A stretch of 64,000 nucleotides of DNA, from positions 485,335 to 549,334 of the forward strand of contig NIVC01000033.1 in assembly GCA_002269645.1 (NCBI GenBank), read 5' to 3'. Below, in pieces: positions 11,508-21,512 of this stretch (positions are counted from its first letter, which is position 1; every line of letters begins with the position of its first letter). The translations under genes and the position numbers were made by a program. Under the pieces are notes generated by a model that did no database searches, was not told the DNA's origin, and saw only the letters and a list, made by a program, of their open reading frames with translations. The DNA comes from Macrostomum lignano (Eukaryota).

Positions 11508-14500
11508 ATTCAGACAGACATTCAAAATGATTGTCTGCAACTTCAAACAAAATTGACCCGCTTCAACCATCTTTTTGGCAAATACTTACGCAAGTGTTGG
11601 GCGTCGAATAAGCTTTAATTTATTAACTGAAGTAAAAATCCTTCTGACATACATTGATTTAAAAATTGCTTAGCAACACTAGCTCTGATTAGAAATCGCT
11701 TTACTGTTGACTAAAATTGTTTTGATCGTAGCAGCCTAAAAGCAGATACTGGATTTAAAAATGCTTCGATTTACTCTATACGCATGTCTCAGCTTTAAAA
11801 TGACACCTCAGGTGTCGCAAAAGACAGCTTTGATGCTGAGATATTCGACACTAAACATGCATTGCTTTGCGCGGTCTCACATTCAGAAATTTCACTGATT
11901 TTTTGTCGATATTTGTGCAGTTGCCATGTCCTTGTTTTTCGTCAGAATCTTGTCAAATTCTAGTCATGTCTATACGCATGTCTCAGCTTTAAAATGACAC
12001 CTCAGGCATTGCAAAGGACAGCTTTGATGCTGAGATATTCGACACTAAACGTTGCTTTGCTCAAACTCACATTCGGAAACTTCACTGATTTTTATTCAAT
12101 ATTTGTTCAGATGCTTGTCTACTTCTCCATTTATTAACCATCGCATGGAGCCTTGCTAACGTACAAGTGTATGTAGTTACAGTAAATGGGGTTTTTGTGA
12201 CTCACTTAAACTTGTTTACGCATTCTGCAGCTATTCGCCGCCTTTCATTGGAGTGATTCATGGAGTCCAGTTGATAAATTTCCACAAATTGGACTGCTTC
12301 TACGTCAGATCTCAACATTTGGAACCGTCCTTGAACTATTTCAGAGTTAAGTGAGCTAATGGCATCAAATGGAAGGCTAGTGCTCGTACTTGTAAGCGAA
12401 GCAGGTTCACAATTGAAATGGTTGTATTCATGGCCATGGGATCTAAACTGATCTGTTTTACTTTCACGATCGCTTTGGTCTCAGAAGGAGCAGCAGTTGA
12501 TGGACTGAGGTGAGAAGAAGATGTGTCACGACTTGAGCTGTTTTTAGAAAATATCTTTATCCAATTAAATATTTTCATGCGGCTCCTTAGGTTGTTCCGA
12601 ATTCCGAGTCTAGAAGTCAAGACAGAAAAAAAGTTAAGAACTGCTACTGTAGTCCGTAGGGATTGGAAAGCTTAGCAGTACATTAGAAATCGCCAGTTCA
12701 ATCTAAAAAGTTTGAAGTACATATAGCTATTGGGTTGCAACAACAGTAGAAAAAATTCTTCTTTTTTATTTTATTCCCACCGCTTACCTCATTCCGATTT
12801 GGATAGCAGAATTGCCACGCAAAAAAAGTAAAAACATAACAATAAACTATTTGCTTCATATTAATTGCCACTGACTGTTAATAAACGCGACGTCAATTTC
12901 TTTCAATAACAGTTGGAACATGTTTCTCGTACACTCGTATATTTATTTGAACCACAAAGCAGTGAAAAAGTCATGATTGGTTGCCATATGTACAAATGTA
13001 CACTCACAGACTCACTGACTCAGGTACAATCTATGCAATATAAAGGCAGGAATCATTAAAAATCAAATACTTAAGACAGTTTAAGAGAAGTCCAGGTTTA
13101 AACTGGACATGACTAGAATTTGACAAGTTTCTGATGAAAAACAAGGACACGGCAACTGCACAAATATCGACAAAAAATCAGTGAAATTTCCGAATGTGAG
13201 ATTGCGCAAAGCAATGCATGTTTAGTGTCGAATATCTCAGCATCAAAGCTGTCTTTTGCGACGCCTGAGGTGTCATTTTAAAGCTGAGACATGCGTATAG
13301 AGTAAATCGAAGCATTTTTAAATCCAGTATCTGCTTTTAGGCTGCTACAATCAAAACAATTTTAGTCAACACTAAAGCGATTTCTAATCAGAGCTAGTGT
13401 TGCTAAGCAATTTTTAAATCAATGTATGTCAGAAGGATTTTTACTTCAGTTAATAAATTAAAGCTTATTCGACGCCCAACACTTGCGTAAGTATTTGCCA
13501 AAAAGATGGTTGAAGCGGGTCAATTTTGTTTAAAGTTACAGACGATCGTTTCGAATGTCTGTCTGAATATCTCTCGTGAAACCCTCACATTCTAAACAAG
13601 ACTCAAGAGAAATTGCACTCTGAGCCTTAAAATCGCACCTTGAAATTTGGCACAAGGTGCGATTTCGCACCTTATCTCTGGCGAAAAAAAAAACCCAGCC
13701 AAACAGGCTAATTGCCTGAGCCAAATTCTCTTACTACTACTACAAAAAATATATTTTATATATCATCATTTTGTTTTAAATAGCAAAGAAAATTTTACTA
13801 TAAATAGGGGCCAAGGCCATAGTCAAATAAATTGTTTTCATGTTTGATTGAACAATAACTATTCTTATAATTGCAATTTGCAAAGCATCTCTCCAGTTAT
13901 TATATTTAGAAAAGTAAGTCAATTAGCCTCAGGGCTTGTATTTGTTCTTGTTACTTATTTTGAATTGTTAATTACTTAGGTTTCCTTAAGATTTGGGGCT
14001 ATTTTTAAGTTAAGAATATATTCCCCCCAAGATTCCCAAGATCCCCAAGATTGAAAGAGTTCAATCTATTCTTAGAGAATAAGACATCTAGATTTAGAAT
14101 CTAAGAAATTGCTTTTAGAAGGCAAAAATCCTACCATATGATAGAATAATCTAGACTCACAGTCTAAGAAACCCACCTTAAGGCAGAATACCCAGCAAGT
14201 AAGCTATATGACCTTCTGATCCTGGGAACATCTAGGACTAAGAGAATAAAAACTTTTAGAATATAAGGATAGGATAAACACTAGACAGTGCCATGCCATA
14301 AGACCACTTAGGTCAAAACTCAGAAGTACAGTACATGTATATATGCTACCTACCACCTACCAGTAGATTAGTATGTGCGCTACCAGTTGATAAATATATA
14401 TGCTACTAGAAATACAAATATCTGTAAAAGTACAAGAATTATAGGGACTATTAGAACAACTTTGGTGTCAACAACAGAATAAATTAGATAGAGAGCAATC

Positions 14501-14725
14501 AGCACTGTTACAACTTTGGTGGCAGCTTTAGGAAATTTACAGGGTAGGAATTTGAAGTATCCCTACAACAGCTGGTGGCATCATTAGGATTATTATAGAG
14601 AAAGCACTGTAACAATACAATGTATATATGTATTTTAAATATAACTAAGGTATTATTATTTTGTTAAGCTCTTGCTTTACTTAAATTTTTATTTGTCTTA
14701 AATTTCTGAAAAATCAAAACATGTG

Positions 14726-14826
14726 TAGTATTTATATGATTTCTTAAGTAACATGCAAATTGCCCATTTTTTATTGCAAATTGCAAATTGCATCGCATGT
14801 TACTTAAGAAATCATATAAATACTAT
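14726..14826. repeat. Inverted repeat of about 31 bp (small MITE-like hairpin)
   Basis: TAGTATTTATATGATTTCTTAAGTAACATGC ... GCATGTTACTTAAGAAATCATATAAATACTA. Confidence 0.75.
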
Positions 14827-15180
14827 AAGAGATTTGTCATAGGCTACTTAATAACTTTAATCAAAACTATATGTAGCATTGTTGGTAGATATCATTGTCA
14901 CTTCACTAAGTCTTCTTAGCACGTATTCTAAGTATATAGCCTTCTGTATTTTCTTGGAGTAACTGGTCCCAATTACAATTTACAATCGTTAAATTTACAA
15001 TATGCAAAAGCGAAAAACGAAAATCGAAATTTCCGAGAACGCAGTATTGTATAACAAAGGGCTATAGGCAATTAACAAATACAGACCACATTGAAATAAA
15101 AAATGACCCTTTTAATGCGTTAAGTAGGGCTAAAATATCTCGTGGGAACAGCTTTTTACTTTTTGTGATAAAGGAGCAAT

Positions 15181-15587
15181 CAAGGACGACTTAAGTAGAA
15201 GAACGGGAAACCTTTTTTATTGCTCTATCGATATTTATAAAGCTTTCCGTTCAGAAAATTAGGTTTCTATGTTAATTTTTTATTCTACGTATATTTCCTG
15301 TATCTAAAAATCACAAAAATGCATGACACAGCTCCAATATTTGGTTTTATGAATCTATTTTATCATCTATGTTACGACTATTTGCTATACAGTCAGGTAA
15401 GAAGGATAAAATAGACTCATAAAACCAAAGAGCCAAGCCGTGGCATTCTAATGTATTTCAAGCACAAGACACATGAAAATATACGTAGAATAAAAAATTA
15501 ACATAGAATCCTAATTCTCTGAACGGAAAGCCTTATAAATATCGATAGAGCAATAAAAAAAGCAAAACATATCAAAAGATGAACACC
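15181..15587. mobile_element. Deleted, inverted copy of the 16496-17193 hAT foldback MITE
   Basis: Starts with the same CAAGGACGACTTAAGTAGAAG terminus. Its interior matches the 16670-17045 core in the opposite orientation. Confidence 0.8.
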
Positions 15588-16495
15588 CCTAACACGAAAA
15601 TTACGTCAGATTAGTACATCAGATTTGTTAATTTCAGTATACTCCTAGAAGTACTCGTACATATGTTTACATTTAAATCTAACAGTCACCCACCGTTGCG
15701 ATCGAGATGTACTCCGTCGTGAGATTTACATGTACGATCCAGCCTGCATATGAGAGCGCGTAGTTTCATTGAATTATCTTTAGTGTGTTTAAGGACAACT
15801 ATGCTGAAGGTACACTTAAGATTACCGTAAATAAAATCGGCTGAGAGTAGCATTATTTGAGTACTTTAATTCCATGCATACATAGATCCACAAAGGTGAT
15901 TGATTACTTCAATTTTTGCTATATCCGAATGAGACTGCATGTGTAGCTAGTAAACCAAATTGAAAGTCAGGAAGCTGATTCGCAGATATTGGATGATTGA
16001 TCAATTGATTGACTAATTGGGCCCGCAAACCTTATTTTCAAAATTCAAAATATAAAGCTTGCGAAAAAAATTGCAAAGCTAAGATTTCAGTGCTCAAGTT
16101 ATTCACTGATTCAAAATTCGCAACGTCATTGAAGATGGATAGATCAATAATCTACAGAATGTACTTTTGATATGAAATATAAATTCGGCCTATTATAAAC
16201 TCAAAACATAAAACGGATTTGACGGATGTGCAAATCCTATTACACTACGTGCTTATGTGTTCACAGCAGCCGCATGTTAATGCATGGTCCTAAAGTAATT
16301 GGATGACTTCTTTTTAATGAAATTGCTTCCAAGCGATGAATACTCTGATTGAGCTAACCCGCGGTCGGACTTGTACGTCGACTCTGATTGGCTCTAAGCC
16401 TTAAACTCCTATAAACCAGCATCCTTAAAGCCGTGCCTCGCACATGAGAAAATTAAATTGGCCCATAGAAATTAGGAACTCCTACGACTAAATTT

Positions 16496-17193
16496 CAAGG
16501 ACGACTTAAGTAGAAGGACGGGAAACCTCGTTTCTTAGAAAAGTTTTGAAGGCACTTTTTCCCGAAAAAATACACTACGGAGATAGAAAGTTTTCATTTT
16601 TTCAGCACAAAAATTGTTATTGCGTTTGATAGGAGGCAGATCCAGTGTTCATATTTTGATATGTTGTGCCTTTTTTATTGCTCTATCGATATTTATAAAG
16701 CTTTTCGTTCAGGAAATTAGGATTCTATGTTAATTTTTTATTCTTCGTATATTTTCGCGTGTCTTGTGCTTGAAATACATTAGAATGCCACGGCTCGGCT
16801 CTTTGGTTTTATGAGTCTATTTTATCATTCTTACCCGACTGTGTAGCAAATATTTGTAACAGAGATGATAAAATAGGTTCATAAAACCAAATATTGGAGC
16901 TGTGTCATACATTTTTGTGATTTTTAGATACAGGAAATATACGTAGAATCAAAAATTAACATAGAATCCTAGTTTTCTGAACGAAAAGCTTTATAAATAT
17001 CGATAGAGCAATAAAAAAGCCACAACATATCAAGAGATGAACACTGGATCTGCCTCCTATCAAACGCAATAACAATTTTTGTGCTGAAAAAATGAAAACT
17101 TCCTATCTCTGTAGTGTATTTTTTCGGGAAAAAGTGCCTTCAAAACTTTTCTAAGAAACGAGGTTTCCCGTCCTTCTACTTAAGTCGTCCTTG
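16496..17193. mobile_element. 698-bp hAT-type foldback MITE
   Basis: CAAGG...CCTTG termini. Arms are near-perfect inverted repeats over about 250 bp. 8-bp TSD CTAAATTT at 16488-16495 and 17194-17201. Confidence 0.9.
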
Positions 17194-17409
17194 CTAAATT
17201 TACGAAAGTGGAACCGCGTCTTCGAGTAGCCGGCCGTGCCTCATATTTTTTTACCTAAAAACTCCTCAGTGACTAAACTCACCTATCTAAAATCAAGCAA
17301 TGTCATTCTGTCGTTGGAAATTTTAAGAGTTTACACATACAACTGTACAGTACACGTGCATGTATTATGTATTATACTGCTGATAGTAAGAGTTTCAACA
17401 CCAAAACCA

Positions 17410-17535
17410 ACGACCAATCGGAGTCTTCACAGGCATTTTCCATTCTACGGCTCGCATCACTGGTGGTAGTAATCATATCGCAGCGCCGGATTGGCTCTCG
17501 TCCAGTTTAGCCAGAGACAGGCATAGCCAATGAAA
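17410..17535 (+). promoter_or_regulatory. Cluster of CCAAT/ATTGG boxes upstream of the ENaC ORF
   Basis: GACCAATC, GATTGGC and AGCCAATG lie within about 125 bp, 150-270 bp before the ATG at 17681. Motif match only. Confidence 0.3.
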
Positions 17536-17680
17536 TGAATGCAACTGTATTTGAAAAGCACGCAAATTCACGTAAAAGCTCTGGGCGCACAAAAGTAGTT
17601 GCAGCTTTGATGCCATAATTGGGCGGTGATTGCCATCCTAAGAAGATACATCCAGAACTTCCCTTGCCTAGAATTACAAC

Positions 17681-19531
17681 ATGAGCAAAACCCTAGCCTT
17701 TCCAAAATTTCTCGTATCTACATTTATCGAAAATACAACTATTCGTGGCATAAAGAAGTGCTACACCACAAAGTACTCAGCACTGCGTCTGCTGTGGCTG
17801 CTTTACCTCATCAGCATGACCGTTCTACTTGGCTACGGAACCTGCGACCTGTTCAATGAGTTCTTCGAGTACCACAAGAGCTATCAGATTGAGAAGCGGC
17901 TCAACGACCCGACGCCATTCCCCAGCTTGACGATTTGCTCCATGAGCCCGTTCTCCGCGCGGGCGTTGAAGCTCTGGAGGGAAGGCCGCATTGCCAGTCC
18001 GGCTGAATTCTCCCGCCAGCTTCGCCGCGGCATGGGAGATTTTTTGCGGGACGGTCGCTACAAAGAAGCGGCCAGCTTATTCCACAGCGACAAGGTGTCC
18101 ACCTATTTTCAGTTCATCAACGAGTCCTCTGCCAAGCAGCTGGCGTACAGCTTCAATGATTTAATGCCGTTCTGCATCATGCGACACAGCGCCAATGGCA
18201 ATCCATCAGTGGCTCACGAAGAGGACTGCGAGTTCCAGGAAAGCAGCAGTTTTCATCATCCGGATTTTTTCTTTTGCCACGACCTGGAGCTTTTGCAGCC
18301 AGATTCTAGCTACGTGAGCAGCTTGTCGATTCTGCTATCCAATGCTCACCAAAATGAAATGCTGATGCACGACTTCAATCTGACGGAGTCTGACTTGGAG
18401 GATTCGTCAAGCGAAGACTACGCATTCAACGTGTTCAACGAAGCCTCCGGGTTTCGGATCGTTCTGCATGAGCCGGGCACCTATCCGCTAATTGACACGC
18501 AGAGTTTCAGCGTACAAATGCAAACTTCGACGCTGATCAAGTACCGGCCAGTGAAGGTGGAAAAACAGAATTATCCAGAGGGTGAATGCTCCGAAGCGTC
18601 TCAATTGCCGATAATTCAGGACGATGACAGCAAGTACTTGTATACTTTTGATGCATGTCTAAGCAGCCACATCGGCCAGCTGATTACGGAAAAGTGCAAT
18701 TGCACTTCGACCTACCATGTGCGACCTTTGGCTAGCGATGCCCAAGAAAAGGCTCCCTACTGCGGCTTTTACAGCGCTGAGCATCCAATGGATTTTATTC
18801 GAAGACTGAACTGCGTCCGCAACCTAAATCTGAGCGAGCTGACGAACAGTGTCAGCCAGACGGAGTGCCCGAAACGTTGCAGCTTCTTTCACTACGAAAG
18901 CCAATTGTCGGCCGCAGATTGGTTTCCTCGGCTGTGGCAGATCCACTGGATGAGTGACATTTCCAGTGCGTTGAATGCGATAACCGAGCGGCCCGTTAGC
19001 CGGAAAGCGGTAGAGAAGCTGGAGCAGCTGCTGTCCTTTAGCCAACTTGAGTTAATCGCCACCGCTCCGCAGGTTACCAGACTTCATCGTTTGGAAAAAC
19101 GGCTGTCGAAGAAAATGGCCCTAGTGACAGTCAGCCGGTTCGACTACACCACGCAGGTGAACAGGGAGACCCTCCAGATCAGTCTCAGCGCGCTCCTGAG
19201 CCGACTTGGAGGTATGGGAGGCCTCACACTGGGCGTGACTGTCACTACTGCATTCGAGCTGCTGGAGCTGCTCTACCTATCCAGTAAGAGATTGCTGCGA
19301 AGCTGCGGATTCACAGCCAAACAGCCTGCAGCAGCAGGTGCAGGCGCAACCGAAGAAGCCGACGAGAATTTTGCCAGAGCTCTTGGCAGCTTGCCCAGAA
19401 GCAGACAGAACGGTGATTTCCGAACTGCCGCCAACGATATTGAAGATGCTGAAACTCAACTGCCTTTGTTGATCCTTTCAAAGCCGCTGCCATCATTCTA
19501 TGACAACTGTCCCACCGAGTGCGTTCGGTAA
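17681..19531 (+). CDS. DEG/ENaC (ASIC-like) sodium channel subunit, intronless, 616 aa
   Basis: Pre-TM1 FIENTTIRG, TM1, PFPSLTICSMSP, GFRIVLHEPGTYP, Cys-rich thumb (YTFDAC..EKCNC..CPKRC) and TM2 LLSRLGGMGGLTLGVTV. Confidence 0.93.
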   Translation: MSKTLAFPKFLVSTFIENTTIRGIKKCYTTKYSALRLLWLLYLISMTVLLGYGTCDLFNEFFEYHKSYQIEKRLNDPTPFPSLTICSMSPFSARALKLWREGRIASPAEFSRQLRRGMGDFLRDGRYKEAASLFHSDKVSTYFQFINESSAKQLAYSFNDLMPFCIMRHSANGNPSVAHEEDCEFQESSSFHHPDFFFCHDLELLQPDSSYVSSLSILLSNAHQNEMLMHDFNLTESDLEDSSSEDYAFNVFNEASGFRIVLHEPGTYPLIDTQSFSVQMQTSTLIKYRPVKVEKQNYPEGECSEASQLPIIQDDDSKYLYTFDACLSSHIGQLITEKCNCTSTYHVRPLASDAQEKAPYCGFYSAEHPMDFIRRLNCVRNLNLSELTNSVSQTECPKRCSFFHYESQLSAADWFPRLWQIHWMSDISSALNAITERPVSRKAVEKLEQLLSFSQLELIATAPQVTRLHRLEKRLSKKMALVTVSRFDYTTQVNRETLQISLSALLSRLGGMGGLTLGVTVTTAFELLELLYLSSKRLLRSCGFTAKQPAAAGAGATEEADENFARALGSLPRSRQNGDFRTAANDIEDAETQLPLLILSKPLPSFYDNCPTECVR

Positions 19532-20711
19532 TGCTGGGACTCAGGACAGTCACATTGATCAAAACTGATGCAACAGGACCGGTAAAGTTATGGCATAATG
19601 CCTGCAATGCATTTGCCAAGTTGGTCCGTATTTTATTGCGTAGACTCTGATGGAAGACTCTTTAGCGTTCATTCTTACGTGTTTGAAGGCTTTCTCAATT
19701 TTTATCAAATCCTCACAGACAGTTAAATTTTACTTCACTTATACGAGCTACTTTATAGTGGCCTATGTAGATTTGGTCGCCCCAATTCTGATAATCGTCT
19801 ATCCACGAGAAAATACATACATTTTTGTCGAGCTTAATTTTCTTCTGTAAAAAATAAGCTTTTTAAACATTTCTCGTGTACAACACTAAGTTGATGAGAA
19901 GTCTTTGTCAACCAAGACCCAAAACAGCAGCAGTCAATTCGCAAAAGAAACACTTCGGTTGGCGAATTATTATATTTGATCCATGCTTGCGAATTCATCA
20001 GTACTCTTTTATTAGCATAATTCTTTTGCACCTCATCAGCGCAGACAGCCGATAAGCAGCTTCATGTGGTGCTGCGGTCAGAGCCTGATGCCTGCATAGC
20101 TGAATTTTCCCGGGTCTGGACTTGTAGCAATTCGCGTTGCAACAAAGTCTAGCAATTCGAGGATTTTCGGTTAGCCTGCCACCGGTTCTAATTGGGTTTT
20201 CAAGAGACTCCGGGCTGCAGATGCCATTCCCCTGTCTGAGGCAGGCAGTTGCCAGGCGGCCGCACCCGCTGGCCTCAGATGAAGCATTCATTCCGCGGCA
20301 TAAACCAGCAGTCCATTAAGACTCTCAACCTCCGCTGGGCCGCATAGCGCAAACAAAATAACAAGTACGACCGCTCAGCGGTCAGCCAGCAGAAGTAATT
20401 ATTATCTTTATGTCCACCGGAGCCAATTTGGCTGGGGCTTTGACTGGGATGAGTTGCCTCTCGTCCGCCTCTCGTCACGGCCCAGAATCAAATCCCGTCA
20501 GGCACAATGCGCCAGTCGTAAGTCATCAGAGATTACGGGCAATAAGAATTATGAATGGCGCGCGCCCTCCGACAAAAAATTGTCCGCGGGAGCAGCCGTC
20601 AAAACAAATTTTATCAAAAGTAGCGAAAGTGATCCTTAAGCAAAGACGGGAGAAGGGCACTTTTCAGACACTAGATACATGTAGATACTAGATAGATAGA
20701 GATACTAGATA

Positions 20712-21512
20712 GGGGTTGTCCCAAAAGTTCCCGTAATATTTGCGCTAGCTCCTCAATAGCTTGACCAATTTCGATTTTTTTTCGAAACAAAAGATAATTT
20801 TTCAGCTAAAAGCTTGTCCATTTGAATTTTCTTTCTATCTGGTTCTGACTAAGAGTTATATCAGGAAATGTGAAGGAAGGTTAGTACCTTAAATGTCTGT
20901 GCCTTGAGCTCCGGTGTGAGGAGGCGGGGCACCACCGGGCAGAAATCTTTGAGAGATTCAGATCAGCGGTGACGATTCGATAGACAGTTGACTTGTAAAC
21001 GTTCAATTGATCAGATAATTCTCGAACTGTCAGATGAGCATCTGAGTCCAACAGGGCCATGACCCGTTGACATGTTCTGAGGGGTCGCCACACACCCTCA
21101 ATTACCCCAGCTAATGCTGGTACCCATTCTACAGCTGGGTGAACTGAAGCAATTCAGAGATGTGTCTTGCTCAAGGACACAAATTGTTCCGAGTGAGTCA
21201 AGAATCGAACCCCCGACCTTCAAGTCGTGAGTCCGGCGCTCTGACAATTAGGCTACAACCCGTGCAGACCACAGGGCAAAAAGTTGACTCCGCTGACTCT
21301 AAAGGCTATGGAGAGAACTGGAAATCAAGCGGCAAATCTGATCAGCAATTTTACTGGTTTAATCCATAGACGTTTTGACATCTATGGAAAAGGAAATTCA
21401 AATGACGACCTTTTGCTGAAAAAATATCTTTACTTTGAGACATACAACATCGAAATTGGTCAAGGTACTGAGGAGCTAGAGCAAACATTCCGGTAACTTT
21501 TGGGACACCAGA
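20712..21512 (-). mobile_element. Internally deleted Tc1/mariner element with a transposase HTH remnant
   Basis: Imperfect TIRs of about 130 bp (..TGTCCCAAAAGTT.CCG..CTAGCTCCTCA..TTGACCAATTTCG) flanked by TA at 20710-11 and 21513-14. The remnant LTVRELSDQLNVYKSTVYRIVTADLNLSKISARWCP matches the mariner HTH/WVPR region. Confidence 0.85.
21085..21258 (-). mobile_element. tRNA-headed CORE-like SINE inserted in the mariner remnant
   Basis: Minus strand reads GTAGCCTAATTG (A-box-like) ... GGTTCGATTCT (B-box), then TGTGTCCTTGAGCAAGACAC...CAGCTGTAGAATGGG, which resembles the MIR CORE domain as I recall it. Confidence 0.7.

Larger units (their letters stand above)
8336..13591. mobile_element. Long-TIR (foldback) DNA element, arms about 490 bp; second level of the stack
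   Basis: Left arm 8336-8366 continues at 11508-11970 and is the reverse complement of 13105-13591. An internal duplication of part of the arm lies at 11970-12110. No TSD could be read. Confidence 0.8.
8062..13698. mobile_element. hAT-type non-autonomous element (outer shell of the nested stack)
   Basis: Termini CAGGGTTTTTTT / AAAAAAACCCAG. Perfect 8-bp TSD CCAAACAG at 8054-8061 and 13699-13706. Shared subterminal AAATCGCACC motifs. Confidence 0.8.
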
